This document shows, in pieces, positions 46,870 to 56,391 of a stretch of DNA of 64,000 nucleotides; the stretch's first letter is position 1; every line of letters begins with the position of its first letter. The notes under the pieces were generated by a model, which did no database searches, was not told the origin of the DNA, and saw only the letters and a program-made list of their open reading frames with translations. Both the position numbers and the translations under genes were made by a program. Location: positions 902-64,901 of the forward strand of contig CAYTYL010000001.1 of assembly GCA_964441715.1 (NCBI GenBank). Direction: 5' to 3'. This stretch comes from an uncultured Muribaculaceae bacterium. GTDB taxonomy: Bacteria; Bacteroidota; Bacteroidia; Bacteroidales; UBA932.

Positions 46870-48222
46870 ATGAGCACTTATCTATTTACCTCTGAATCTG
46901 TCTCGGAAGGACATCCGGACAAGGTAGCGGATCAGATATCGGATGCGGTACTGGATGAATTCCTGCGCCAGGACCCGAACGCAAAAGTGGCCTGCGAGAC
47001 ATTCTGCACCACCGGACTCGTAATCGTGGGAGGAGAGGTCCGCAGCGACGACGCCTACGTAGACATACAGCAGACGGCCCGCGACGTGATAGCCAAAATC
47101 GGATACGACAGGGCGGACTGCATGTTCGACAGCAACTCATGCGGCGTGCTTTCGGCAATCCACGAGCAGAGCGCGGACATAAACCGGGGTGTCGAACGGG
47201 GCGACAGCGCAGAGCAGGGAGCAGGCGACCAGGGCATGATGTTCGGATATGCCTGCGGAGAGACGGAAGAATACATGCCCCTTCCCATAGCGCTTTCCCA
47301 CAGAACCTTGCGCATTCTGTCCGACATCCGTCGCCACAGCCCGGAGCTCATGCCCTATCTGCGTCCGGATTCGAAATGCCAATACACGGTGGAATATGAC
47401 AGCAAGACCAACCGCCCCCTGCGAATCCACACGATAGTGGTCTCCACCCAGCACGACGAGTTCCTGGCAGGCAGCCTCGGGAAAATCGCATACGCGGATG
47501 CCGTAAAGAAATACGGCCAGGAGAAAGTGGATGCGGCTATGCACGAGAAAATCGAGAGCGACGTCCGCAAAATCCTGATTCCCAAAGTGAAGGAAAGTCT
47601 TCCCAAGGAAACGGCCGAATTGTTTGACGACAGGCTCATCCTCTTTGTAAACCCGACAGGAAAGTTCGTCATAGGCGGACCTGCCGGAGACACCGGCTTG
47701 ACAGGCAGAAAAATCATCGTGGACACATACGGAGGAAGAGGTGCCCACGGCGGAGGCGCTCTGTCCGGGAAAGACCCCTCAAAGGTGGACCGCTCGGCAG
47801 CCTACGCCGCAAGGTACATAGCCAAGAACATGGTGGCGGCAGGCGCGGCCAGGGAGATGCTGATTCAGGTATCCTACGCCATAGGAGTCGCTGAACCGGT
47901 GAGCATATACGTCAACACCTACGGCACGGCCAACGAAAAGATAAAGGCGGCCGCAGGAGGAGACGGCGCCGATGCGGACATTCTCATAGCTTCCGCAATA
48001 GGAAAACTGTTCGACCTCAGGCCCGCATCGATTATCGAGAAATTCCAGCTCAAGAACCCGATCTACGAGCCCACTGCGGCCTACGGCCAGATGGGAAGAG
48101 AGCCTTATGTGCAAAAGATGAAGCTCATACGGGACGGCAGAGAGGTGGAGAAAGATGTCCAGTTCTTCGGCTGGGAACTGCTCGACAGCGTGGACAGGAT
48201 AAAAGAAGAGTTCGGAATCTGA
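46870..48222 (+). CDS. metK: S-adenosylmethionine synthetase
   Basis: The protein carries [23 protein letters not shown](F/L)SGKD and other invariant motifs. Confidence 0.95.
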   Translation: MSTYLFTSESVSEGHPDKVADQISDAVLDEFLRQDPNAKVACETFCTTGLVIVGGEVRSDDAYVDIQQTARDVIAKIGYDRADCMFDSNSCGVLSAIHEQSADINRGVERGDSAEQGAGDQGMMFGYACGETEEYMPLPIALSHRTLRILSDIRRHSPELMPYLRPDSKCQYTVEYDSKTNRPLRIHTIVVSTQHDEFLAGSLGKIAYADAVKKYGQEKVDAAMHEKIESDVRKILIPKVKESLPKETAELFDDRLILFVNPTGKFVIGGPAGDTGLTGRKIIVDTYGGRGAHGGGALSGKDPSKVDRSAAYAARYIAKNMVAAGAAREMLIQVSYAIGVAEPVSIYVNTYGTANEKIKAAAGGDGADADILIASAIGKLFDLRPASIIEKFQLKNPIYEPTAAYGQMGREPYVQKMKLIRDGREVEKDVQFFGWELLDSVDRIKEEFGI

Positions 48223-48243
48223 ATGAAAAAACAGGCCTGAATT

Positions 48244-48272
48244 CCGGCCCGGGCCGGAAGGGCCTTCCGGAA
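48244..48272. terminator. GC-rich palindromes between convergent metK and smpB
   Basis: The region contains CCGGCCCGGGCCGG and CCGGAAGG-G-CCTTCCGG (48254-48270). Confidence 0.4.
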
Positions 48273-48279
48273 GGACATC

Positions 48280-48732
48280 CTAAGCGCGTTCCATCTCGCG
48301 GCGGATGTCCTTTTCTTTTATGGACTGTCTCTTGTCGTAGAGTTTTTTACCGCGGGCCAGAGCTATGAGCAGTTTGGCGTAACCGTTGTCGGCTATGTAG
48401 AGCTTGACGGCTACTATGGTCAGTCCCTTGACCTTCACGGCCTGGCTCAGATGGCGCAACTCTCTTTTGGTCAGGAGAAGCTTGCGGTCGCGGGCCTGCT
48501 CATGCTGTCCCCACGAACCCCAGAAATATTGGGCCACGTTCATACCCTTCACATAGAGCTGCCCCGCCGAATCGAAATAGCAGAACGCGTCGGACAGGGA
48601 AGCCTTCCCCGCACGTATGGATTTAATCTCCGTACCTGACAGCACTATTCCGGCCGTGTATGTTTCCAGAAATTCGTAATCGAATGACGCACGACGGTTC
48701 TTTATCTGTACCTTACTCTTTGCCTTGGGCAT
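48280..48732 (-). CDS. smpB: SsrA-binding protein
   Basis: The protein carries [10 protein letters not shown]..., GTEIKS and LLL.KRE...L over its full length. Confidence 0.95.
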   Translation of the reverse strand: MPKAKSKVQIKNRRASFDYEFLETYTAGIVLSGTEIKSIRAGKASLSDAFCYFDSAGQLYVKGMNVAQYFWGSWGQHEQARDRKLLLTKRELRHLSQAVKVKGLTIVAVKLYIADNGYAKLLIALARGKKLYDKRQSIKEKDIRREMERA

Positions 48733-48757
48733 CGCACTCTTTGTTTAACACAGAATG

Positions 48758-48765
48758 CAAAGATA
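48758..48765 (-). promoter_or_regulatory. -7 box TATCTTTG (minus strand) for smpB
   Basis: The plus strand reads CAAAGATA at 48758-48765, 26 nt upstream of the ATG at 48732. Confidence 0.4.
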
Positions 48766-48832
48766 GCTTTTTCCCTTCCATTTTGGAATTTCCTGCCCGA
48801 ATCAGTAACTTGAACCCGTTAAAAATCATCTG

Positions 48833-49831
48833 ATGAAAGATAAATTCGTCCCCGAAGGGCCGCCCGTCATGGCACCGATGCCCGAAGCGGAAACAATCGA
48901 CATCCCTGCCCTGCTGCGTTCCTATCTGAACGGAGAGACAGACCTCATCTGCATAGTCGGCCCGACGGCTTCAGGCAAGACACGCACCGCGGTAAGACTC
49001 TGCATGGAAATCGACCGCCTGCTCGCAGAAATGCCCGACAGAGACAAAGATGCCGCAGGAGCCGAGATACTGTCCGCCGACTCGAGACAGGTCTACCGCG
49101 GAATGGACATCGGCACCGGCAAGGACCTGGAAGAATACGGAACGGTCCCGTACCACCTCATAGACATAGCGGAAGCGGGGGATCGCTACAGCATATTCGA
49201 CTACCAGAGGGACTTCAGCAAGGCCTACGGCGACGTGCTGCGGCGCGGCGGAATTCCAGTACTGTGCGGAGGATCAGGCCTGTACATAGAAGCGGCCACA
49301 TGCGGCTATTCCCTGCCTCAGGTTCCTCCCGACATGAAACTCAGGGAAATGCTGGAAAAGGAAAGCACGGAGACTCTGCACCGGAAACTTCTTTCGCTGA
49401 ATCCCGATGCGGCAGAGAGCACGCTTGCTTCCAGGAGAAGGACCATCAGGGCCATAGAGGTGGCAACGCACGGGAAAGGACGCCCCGGGGAGCAGACTCT
49501 CATCTTGCCGGGAAAGCCTTATTTCATAGGAACGCTCGTGAGCCGCGAAGAAAGGAACGCAAGGATTGACAGACGTCTGGACGAAAGGCTGCGCGACGGA
49601 ATGGCTGAGGAAGTGAAGGGTCTGCTCGCCAAAGGCATTTCCAAGGAAGATCTTATCTACTACGGGCTTGAATACAAGTATGTCACCCAATATGTCACCG
49701 GCGTTCTGGACTATGGAGACATGCATACATTGCTGTCCAACGCCATACACCAGTTTGCGAAAAGACAGATGACATGGTTCAGAGGGATGGAACGGGACGG
49801 AAGAACCATCCGCTGGACTCACCCGTTCTGA
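48833..49831 (+). CDS. miaA: tRNA dimethylallyltransferase
   Basis: The protein has a P-loop (GPTASGKT), SADSRQVYRGMDIGT and QFAKRQMTWFR. Confidence 0.9.
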   Translation: MKDKFVPEGPPVMAPMPEAETIDIPALLRSYLNGETDLICIVGPTASGKTRTAVRLCMEIDRLLAEMPDRDKDAAGAEILSADSRQVYRGMDIGTGKDLEEYGTVPYHLIDIAEAGDRYSIFDYQRDFSKAYGDVLRRGGIPVLCGGSGLYIEAATCGYSLPQVPPDMKLREMLEKESTETLHRKLLSLNPDAAESTLASRRRTIRAIEVATHGKGRPGEQTLILPGKPYFIGTLVSREERNARIDRRLDERLRDGMAEEVKGLLAKGISKEDLIYYGLEYKYVTQYVTGVLDYGDMHTLLSNAIHQFAKRQMTWFRGMERDGRTIRWTHPF

Positions 49832-49837
49832 CGAATC

Positions 49838-50785
49838 TCAACTCTCCTGCGGCGAGGAAGAATCTGACGACGGAGACGGAGAGGCTGATGACCGCGACGG
49901 AGAGGCTGACAGCCCGGACGGAGAGGCTGACGGCCCGGACGGAGAGTCCGTAGAGGACCGCTGAGGCGAATGGCCGAAAGAGCGCCGGTCACCTTCAGCT
50001 TCGCGCCAATACTTGCTGTCAAAGCCGGCAGGCCTGACATAATCTCCGTCATGGTCTATGCGGAAAGATAGATAGGTGATTTTCAGTCCCATGGACAGAA
50101 ACATCCTTTCATAGTAGGTCTGCACATCGAAAAGAGCATCCACGGCATCTTTTCCGCAGACCGTCTCCACCGGACTGCCATGAAGGGAATCACGTCCTTC
50201 ACCGTACAGGTCAGACGTTGCCGCAAGAATCTCAAGTCCGTTTTCTTCGGCCACCGCTTTGCTGTACTCGTAAAGGAAGCGGCTGTCGGTCTTCAGATGG
50301 ACTGTTCCGCCGGGCTTAAGGAACTTCCGGTAACGCTCAAGAAACAGAGGACTCGTGAGCCTGTTGTTTTCGCTTTTAAGCTGCGGATCGGAAAACGTCA
50401 GCCATATCTCGGATATTTCTCCCGGAGCGAAAAAAGCTTCGATGAACTCGATTCTCGTCCTCAGAAACGCCACGTTTCCCAAATCATGTTCTTCGGCATA
50501 TTTCGCACCTTTCCACAGGCGGGCGCCCTTGATGTCAACCCCGACATAATTGCAGAGCGGATTCCTGAGAGCGAGGTCTATGGTATATTCCCCACGGCCG
50601 CAGCCGAGTTCCAGCACGATGGGCCCCGGAACGGAGAACACAGTTCCGTTCCATTGTCCCTTGACGGGATGCGGCTTTATGGTCAGCCCCTCAGGGCCTT
50701 TCTCCATCACATCCGAAGAGTCCGGCTGCAGAAGGCAGCGGAAAGTTTCGTTTTCCTTGAATTTTCTCAGCTTACCGTGTCCCAT
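49838..50785 (-). CDS. trmB: tRNA (guanine-N7)-methyltransferase with a Ser/Pro-rich repeat tail
   Basis: The protein carries LELGCGRGEY, VGVDIKG, FSDPQLK and an extra roughly 50-aa C-terminal repeat region. Confidence 0.85.
   Translation of the reverse strand: MGHGKLRKFKENETFRCLLQPDSSDVMEKGPEGLTIKPHPVKGQWNGTVFSVPGPIVLELGCGRGEYTIDLALRNPLCNYVGVDIKGARLWKGAKYAEEHDLGNVAFLRTRIEFIEAFFAPGEISEIWLTFSDPQLKSENNRLTSPLFLERYRKFLKPGGTVHLKTDSRFLYEYSKAVAEENGLEILAATSDLYGEGRDSLHGSPVETVCGKDAVDALFDVQTYYERMFLSMGLKITYLSFRIDHDGDYVRPAGFDSKYWREAEGDRRSFGHSPQRSSTDSPSGPSASPSGLSASPSRSSASPSPSSDSSSPQES
49875..49958. repeat. 21-bp tandem repeat (GACGGAGAGGCTGAYNNCCSS), 3 full copies plus 1 degenerate copy, in frame in the trmB 3' end
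   Basis: The units lie at 49875-49895, 49896-49916 and 49917-49937, with a degenerate fourth. They encode SPSxxSA heptads. Confidence 0.85.
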
Positions 50786-51236
50786 TTTTCCTTGTTTCTA
50801 TACCTATGCCCAAAAGCGAATATTTCCTGATGAAGCCTTCCGGCACACCTATCCGCAGATTCCACATTCCTTCCTCATCGAAACTCTCTACGATACCGTA
50901 TCTGTATATCCTCCGAAAGAACTCCTCCTGCACGGGATTCCGGGAATCTATGGGTATGCTCCTCCCGGAGATTTTACCCGACGGGGACTTCCATGTGACA
51001 GAAATGCTGTCCGCAAAAGGAATGAATCTTCGGCGGCTCACTCCCATGAACATGATTATGTCCACATCGCGGGTCTCCGATGAATCGGCCGCCACGTCAA
51101 AAGAAAAACGGCCGCGCGCATCCAGCTTGGAAGATCTTGCATACTGCTCCCATGAAGAAGGTTCCGCACATGAAAAGGTCAGCGGAAGCATGATGGAAAG
51201 CAGCGTTCCGAGGATTATGCTCCTCCGGTGTCTCAC
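50772..51236 (-). CDS. Small lipoprotein, possibly GldH-like
   Basis: The protein has a lipobox (LPLTFSC) and is 154 aa. It sits directly downstream of the PSP1 and holB genes, as I recall for gldH in Bacteroidota. The sequence match itself is not verified. Confidence 0.4.
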   Translation of the reverse strand: MRHRRSIILGTLLSIMLPLTFSCAEPSSWEQYARSSKLDARGRFSFDVAADSSETRDVDIIMFMGVSRRRFIPFADSISVTWKSPSGKISGRSIPIDSRNPVQEEFFRRIYRYGIVESFDEEGMWNLRIGVPEGFIRKYSLLGIGIETRKNGTR

Positions 51237-52642
51237 GAAGGGTTCTGATTTGATGCAGGCTGAGGCCTCTGCTCCATCTGAGGCTTCGGCTCAGGCCGAG
51301 ATTGCGAAGGCTGACGGTCACCGGCGCCGTCTTTCCTGTCCTGAAAACGTCTGCCGCCCTGCCCCTTGAAGGATTTCCCCGGCCTCTTCTGCTCAGAGGC
51401 ACCGCCTTTTACGACGGGAGAGAGCCCGTCTTTGCCGGACCGGGATGACTCGCCTCTGCCGGATTGGGAGGGACCGTCCTTGCCGGATTGGGAGGGACCG
51501 TCCTTGCCGGCGGAAGAAGAATTCCGGCCTCCCTTCTTCTTTTTCTTCTTGCGGGACACATTGTCGAAACGGCTTATGCTGTCGTCACCTACGGCCGAGC
51601 GGAATTCAGGTCCCTCGGGCTCCGGCTCCTCTTTCAGCGATTCCGGTTTTTCACCTCTTCTGTTCATGTCCATTATGTCACGGACTTCTTCCGCGTCCAG
51701 AGGGAAAAGATTCGACTGCGAATTCTTGTCATAGGAGAAATACATGATCCCCTGAAGTATGTCGGTCTTGACCAGAAAAGCCTGGCCGTCTTCAAACTCC
51801 AGAGGTTCTTTCACCTTGGGAAGCCTGGACTGGGCATCGAGATAGGCTGCGACTTCGTAATTCAGGCAGCATTTGAGTTTGCCGCACTGCCCGGCAAGTT
51901 TCTGCGGATTGAGGGAAAGGTCCTGGCATCTGGCCGCCGCCGTCGTGATGGACTTGAAGTTCGTGATGTAGTTGGCACAGCACAGTTCACGTCCGCACAC
52001 ACCTATGCCGCCGATGAGACCGGCCTCCTGCCGTGCTCCTATCTGCTTCATTTCTATGCGGATGGAAAACTCTTCGGCAAATACCTTTATCAGCTGACGG
52101 AAATCCACTCGGCCGTCCGCGATGTAGTAGAAAATGGCTTTGGTGCCGTCTCCCTGGAACTCCACATCTCCGATCTTCATGTCAAGCCCCATCTCGGCGG
52201 CAATCTGCCGGGCACGTATCATCGTTTCCTGCTCTCTGGCTATGGCGATCTGCCAGTTTTCAATGTCGAATGGCTTGGCCTTGCGGTATATGCGCTTGAA
52301 TTCGGTTTCCGCAGGATTCACTCCCTTGCACCTCATCTGACGCGCAATCACAGGTCCTCCGAGCGTGACTATTCCGAGATCATGCCCCGTTTGGGCTTCC
52401 ACCACGACCAAGTCTCCGATGCGGATACTCTGCCCGGAATCATTTCTGTAGAAACCTTTTCTGGTATTCTTGAATCTTACTTCGTATATGTCTGAAAACT
52501 GTTCCTGCTGCACACCGGACAGCCAGTCGGAATCCATGAGCTTGCAGCATCCCTGCCTGTAGGAGCACAGCATCTCGTTGTCCGACGTGCGGGTGAAAAC
52601 GCAGCCGCGCGAACAGTCATATCTAATATTCTCGTCTTCCAT
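51233..52642 (-). CDS. PSP1 domain protein (YaaT/RicT-like) with a repeat-rich disordered C-terminus
   Basis: The PSP1 core carries EFQGDGTKAIFYY..DGRVDFRQL and a Cys-rich CGRELCC...CGKLKCCL segment. I chose the start at 52642, just after the holB stop. Confidence 0.8.
   Translation of the reverse strand: MEDENIRYDCSRGCVFTRTSDNEMLCSYRQGCCKLMDSDWLSGVQQEQFSDIYEVRFKNTRKGFYRNDSGQSIRIGDLVVVEAQTGHDLGIVTLGGPVIARQMRCKGVNPAETEFKRIYRKAKPFDIENWQIAIAREQETMIRARQIAAEMGLDMKIGDVEFQGDGTKAIFYYIADGRVDFRQLIKVFAEEFSIRIEMKQIGARQEAGLIGGIGVCGRELCCANYITNFKSITTAAARCQDLSLNPQKLAGQCGKLKCCLNYEVAAYLDAQSRLPKVKEPLEFEDGQAFLVKTDILQGIMYFSYDKNSQSNLFPLDAEEVRDIMDMNRRGEKPESLKEEPEPEGPEFRSAVGDDSISRFDNVSRKKKKKKGGRNSSSAGKDGPSQSGKDGPSQSGRGESSRSGKDGLSPVVKGGASEQKRPGKSFKGQGGRRFQDRKDGAGDRQPSQSRPEPKPQMEQRPQPASNQNPS
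51410..51510. repeat. 24-bp tandem repeat: two perfect copies (51458-51481, 51482-51505) flanked by degenerate copies
   Basis: The unit GCCGGATTGGGAGGGACCGTCCTT occurs twice and encodes the GKDGPSQS octapeptides. Confidence 0.85.
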
Positions 52643-52644
52643 CT

Positions 52645-53781
52645 TCAAATGATCATATAAAGCCTGTCCGTCAGATTGGTGAAGGCAATCTTCTGGGAGA
52701 CATTCCTGTCTATCATGACAGAAGTTTTGCAAAAAACATCCAAAGCCTTTCTGCAGAAATCCGGCTTGCAGCGGGATGCGACATCTCTCAGGAAAGGCAT
52801 CTCTTCGGGCTGGGCGGCAACGATTCCATCCATACCGTTCTGTATCAGAAAGACATTTCTCAACAGCTCTCCTGCGAAGTTACAGAAAAGTTTCTGTTTT
52901 TCTCTTGAATCAAGATCCGCGACTTCACCGGAAATGTCAAGTGACGAGTAAAGGTCACGGGACAGAAGCGCCGTAAAAAGTCTCCGGAGAAGATCCCGTA
53001 TCAGGGCCACGTCCTCCCTTGCCGAAAGTTCTCTAAGAGCAAGTCCCACGCTGCCTCCGGAAAGCATGGCCGCGGCATCGGCATCTTCCTTCCGCACGGA
53101 AAATCTCTTACACAGCTCTTCCGAGACTTCTTCCCTGGACAGAGGGAGCACCCTCATGGACTGGCAGCGGGAGGATATCGTAGGCAGCACCTTCTCCGGC
53201 GCATGGGTGATGAGTATGAACAGATCCTTCTCGGCAGGTTCTTCAATGGCCTTGAGCAGCATGTTCGCAGTGTCTCCGTTCATGAGTTCCGGCAGGTACA
53301 TGATCACAGCCCTGTAGCCGTCCGAAAACGGAGAGAGGGAAAGCTGCCTGAGAATGGCAGTCCCCTCGGCTTTCAGAATCCGTCCGCGTTTCTTTTCAAA
53401 GCCCAGCGCGGCCGAGAGATCGCTCTCCATGAAATAGGGATTGTCCAGCACAAGCTTCCTCCAGTATTCGGAAAACATCGCGCAGTTCAGAGTTTTGGCA
53501 TCAGCAGACACTTTACTTCCGGAAGTCACCGGGAAGCTGAAGTGCTCGTCCGGGTACACGAGGTCGGCATGTTGCGAACAGGAAGGGCATTTGCAGCAGG
53601 GGCGTCCGTCCGCCCCGGAAGGGCAGTTCAGATATTGCAGGAAAGCCATGGCCAGAGGGAACGCACCGCCGCCGTCATTCTCATAGAGCATGAGGGCCTG
53701 GGGAATCCTTCCGCTGTCAACCATGCCGCGGAGGGCATTCTTGACGGCTTCATTTCCTGTTATTTCCGAAAAAAGCCACAT
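52645..53781 (-). CDS. holB: DNA polymerase III subunit delta-prime
   Basis: The protein has AAA+ clamp-loader features (GRIPQALMLYE, Zn-module C..CKCPSC, LLKAIEEP, SRCQ). Confidence 0.8.
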   Translation of the reverse strand: MWLFSEITGNEAVKNALRGMVDSGRIPQALMLYENDGGGAFPLAMAFLQYLNCPSGADGRPCCKCPSCSQHADLVYPDEHFSFPVTSGSKVSADAKTLNCAMFSEYWRKLVLDNPYFMESDLSAALGFEKKRGRILKAEGTAILRQLSLSPFSDGYRAVIMYLPELMNGDTANMLLKAIEEPAEKDLFILITHAPEKVLPTISSRCQSMRVLPLSREEVSEELCKRFSVRKEDADAAAMLSGGSVGLALRELSAREDVALIRDLLRRLFTALLSRDLYSSLDISGEVADLDSREKQKLFCNFAGELLRNVFLIQNGMDGIVAAQPEEMPFLRDVASRCKPDFCRKALDVFCKTSVMIDRNVSQKIAFTNLTDRLYMII

Positions 53782-53784
53782 GTA

Positions 53785-54771
53785 TCATTTTTTTCTGTCC
53801 GCACAGTAGACCGCCAGTTCAGCAAGCATATCCTTCTCTTTTCCGGCAGGAATGGAGGCAAGCGCAGCCGTCGCTCCCTCTACCTCACGCCGAAGAGCCT
53901 CCTTTGCGTAACCCATGCCGTCATATCTGGATACAAAAGCGACGACATCATCGCGAAGGGCGGGATTCTCATCTATCCGCACCACCATGTCACGCACCGC
54001 CTCCGCCTCCGCTGCAGGAGCACGCTTCAGAGCACCGAGCAGAGGGATGGTTATTTTTCGCTCCATGAGATCCTGGCCCACGGGCTTGCCCACATCGGCG
54101 CCAGGTTCGTAGTCAAATATGTCGTCCTTGATCTGGAAAGCCATTCCCAGACGGCACGAATACTCTCTTGCAGCCGCGGTTTCAGCCTCCGAGGCATCCG
54201 CCGACAAAGCCGCGGCAACGGCACTTGTCTCAAACAAAGATGCCGTCTTGCTGTATATGATCCGTCTGTAGTCTTCCTCCGAAGTATCCCCGCTCTCCGC
54301 TTTCTGGAGCTGGAGCATCTCCCCGTCGGCAAGAAAACCCAGGGTGTCGGAATAGAGCCTTATCGCCTCGTCTTTATGTCTGCCCGAATCCAGAATCAGA
54401 TTCACGGCCTTCACCAGCCAGAAATCGCCCAAAAGCACGGACGCCCTGCCTCCGAGCAGATGCAGCACCGTAGGCTTTCCACGTCGGACCTGCCCGTCAT
54501 CGGCCACGTCATCATGCAGCAAGGTCGCCGTGTGCAGAAGCTGCGACGCCGATGCGTAACGATAGCTGTCCTCCGTCGGTTTTCCTCCGGAACATGCCCT
54601 GGCCACAAGCAGCGCGAGGATGGGCCGGATCATCTTCCCGGGATGCGCCAGAAGGAAGTTGTTGGTCGCGTTCAAAAGCTTTATGTCGCTCCGGAGCGAT
54701 TCATCCACAATCCTTCCGACCTTGTCCAGATCGGACTTGAGGTATGCGGCGATTGTATCGAGAGTGTTCAT
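53785..54771 (-). CDS. Long-chain polyprenyl diphosphate synthase (IspB-like)
   Basis: The protein has Asp-rich motifs (LLHDDVAD, FQIKDDIFD) and the N-terminal pattern of octaprenyl-type synthases. Confidence 0.8.
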   Translation of the reverse strand: MNTLDTIAAYLKSDLDKVGRIVDESLRSDIKLLNATNNFLLAHPGKMIRPILALLVARACSGGKPTEDSYRYASASQLLHTATLLHDDVADDGQVRRGKPTVLHLLGGRASVLLGDFWLVKAVNLILDSGRHKDEAIRLYSDTLGFLADGEMLQLQKAESGDTSEEDYRRIIYSKTASLFETSAVAAALSADASEAETAAAREYSCRLGMAFQIKDDIFDYEPGADVGKPVGQDLMERKITIPLLGALKRAPAAEAEAVRDMVVRIDENPALRDDVVAFVSRYDGMGYAKEALRREVEGATAALASIPAGKEKDMLAELAVYCADRKK

Positions 54772-55307
54772 TACAGCTTTGCAATCAAATCTGCCGTATT
54801 GTCATATACCTCCAGCAATCCCAAGTCGCTCTCCGCCGCGGTACCTTCCTTGACGAAGTCTTTGAGCATGGCCAACAGAGGATCATAGAACCCTTTGATG
54901 TTCAGAATTATGATCCTCCCGTCATACTGTCCGAGCTTGGCGAGCACATGGGTTTCGAAAAACTCGTCCATCGTCCCGAGACCGCCGGGCAATATTATGG
55001 CGGCCGCGGTACCTTCACGCAGCTTCACCTTACGCTCCGACATGGTGTCCGTCCACACCGTCTCCATCTTACCGGGATAGTGGAATCCCGCAAAAAACCT
55101 CGGGATGACGCCTATATGCCTCGCACCTGCCCGTTCTGCTTCCTCAGACACGACGCCCATGAGGCCTTTCGTAGTTCCGCCCGACACTATCACATAGCCT
55201 GCGGCAGTCAGTCCGCGGACCACGGAACGGGCCGCCTCTGAATATTCAGGGTCTATCTTGTTGCTGGAAGAGCAGAAAATGACCGCTTTCTTTTCGTTCT
55301 TCTCCAT
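54771..55307 (-). CDS. LOG-family (TIGR00730) Rossmann-fold nucleotide-binding protein
   Basis: The protein carries the GGTTKGLMG and PGGLGTMDE motifs. Confidence 0.85.
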   Translation of the reverse strand: MEKNEKKAVIFCSSSNKIDPEYSEAARSVVRGLTAAGYVIVSGGTTKGLMGVVSEEAERAGARHIGVIPRFFAGFHYPGKMETVWTDTMSERKVKLREGTAAAIILPGGLGTMDEFFETHVLAKLGQYDGRIIILNIKGFYDPLLAMLKDFVKEGTAAESDLGLLEVYDNTADLIAKL

Positions 55308-55312
55308 AAGGC

Positions 55313-55969
55313 TCAGAAGAATATGGCCGCCGAAAGGGAAAAGCCGTTGAAGTTCTTGCCTCCTTTGAAGGCCTGTCTGACTTCCTGTCCGACCGCATTC
55401 ATCTTGCCGGAACCGTCATACAGCGAACCGAAGTTCCAGAAATAGCGCCCGGAAACCTGAAGCCTCCATATTTCTATTCCGGCACCGACGCCGAGTCCGT
55501 ATTCCATATTGTTGATGGCCGATTTCTTCATGTCGGTTTCCTTGCCGAGAGGAGACTTGGTCTTGGAATTGAGGGCGAAGCCTATGAAAGGTTCCGCAAG
55601 GAGATAAGGTCTGAACAGAAGCATGTCCGGACCCCACTGCACCTGCACCGGAATCTCAAGATAGCCGACCTTGGTGTCAAGGGCGTCGATTCCTTCGGAA
55701 ACGCTGTTCACTGCGTCCAGTTTCGCGCCTTTCATCTGGTAAGTAACGGCCGGCTGAATGGAGAACCCCGCTATCAGAGGCAGCTGGAACGCAAGTCCGG
55801 CATGGTACAGAGAGTAGGAGCTTGTCTTGAAGATGTTGGCGTCGGCCTTGGAAGAAGTGAAACCTCCTATGACTCCAAGTCTCGCGCTGCCTATGGACTG
55901 AGCGCCGGCAGCATGGCAAACGGCCAAAGCCGCGGCAGCGGCTATGGCGAATCTGAATATCCTGTTCAT
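55313..55969 (-). CDS. Outer-membrane beta-barrel (porin-family) protein
   Basis: The protein has a signal peptide, alternating beta-strand pattern and a C-terminal aromatic residue (AAIFF). Confidence 0.6.
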   Translation of the reverse strand: MNRIFRFAIAAAAALAVCHAAGAQSIGSARLGVIGGFTSSKADANIFKTSSYSLYHAGLAFQLPLIAGFSIQPAVTYQMKGAKLDAVNSVSEGIDALDTKVGYLEIPVQVQWGPDMLLFRPYLLAEPFIGFALNSKTKSPLGKETDMKKSAINNMEYGLGVGAGIEIWRLQVSGRYFWNFGSLYDGSGKMNAVGQEVRQAFKGGKNFNGFSLSAAIFF

Positions 55970-55975
55970 GGTATG

Positions 55976-56287
55976 TTACACAAGTTTTGACAATCTTTCC
56001 ACAATCTCGTCCTTCGAGACAAGGCCCACGCTCTTGTCCACCACCTGACCGTCCTTGAAGAACAGCAGCGTGGGGATGCTCATGACGCGGTATTTCATGG
56101 CAACTTCATCGGCATCGTCGACATTGCATTTGGCGACTTCCACCTTGCCGGCATATTCTTCCGCAATTTCATCCACCGTGGGGGACAGCACCCTGCACGG
56201 TCCGCACCATACCGCCCAGAAATCCACCATGACAGGAAGATTCCCGGATATTATCTCATCGAAATTGGAATTTGTAGCAATTTTCAT
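55976..56287 (-). CDS. trxA: Thioredoxin
   Basis: The protein has a WCGPC active site (FWAVWCGPCR) and typical size when started at 56287. Confidence 0.9.
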   Translation of the reverse strand: MKIATNSNFDEIISGNLPVMVDFWAVWCGPCRVLSPTVDEIAEEYAGKVEVAKCNVDDADEVAMKYRVMSIPTLLFFKDGQVVDKSVGLVSKDEIVERLSKLV

Positions 56288-56323
56288 AATAAATCTCCTT
56301 TTTTTCATGTATCCGTATGGATA

Positions 56324-56360
56324 CAAAAATCCTGATACAAATTTAGCAATTTGCATCAGG
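56324..56360 (-). terminator. Intrinsic terminator at the end of the RND operon
   Basis: A 13-bp stem with one mismatch, CCTGATACAAATT (56331-43) paired with AATTTGCATCAGG (56348-60), has loop TAGC and is followed on the minus strand by ATTTTTG. A TAAATTTG box (56338-56345, minus) lies inside the stem. Confidence 0.55.
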
Positions 56361-56391
56361 ACTGCAAAACTTGAGCCTCAGCCGACGGATG

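Noticed and set aside
53203-54888. A 561-aa ORF lies on the plus strand. Similar long ORFs lie at 56684-58384, 58526-59812, 36665-37891, 37904-39163, 12067-13134, 9625-10692 and 27585-28592.
   Set aside because: All of them lie antisense to confidently recognised genes (holB/ispB, RND permease, rnr, pectate lyase, MFS, HlyD). They have Arg/Gly/His/Pro-rich, motif-free translations, which is typical of spurious open frames opposite high-GC coding DNA.
49838-56287. A long uninterrupted minus-strand cluster runs trxA, OMP, LOG, ispB, holB, PSP1, gldH-like, trmB with gaps or overlaps of 14 nt or less. I considered whether it is a functional system.
   Set aside because: The functions are heterogeneous housekeeping roles. 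Tight packing is more simply explained by operon-like co-transcription of core genes than by a shared novel pathway.
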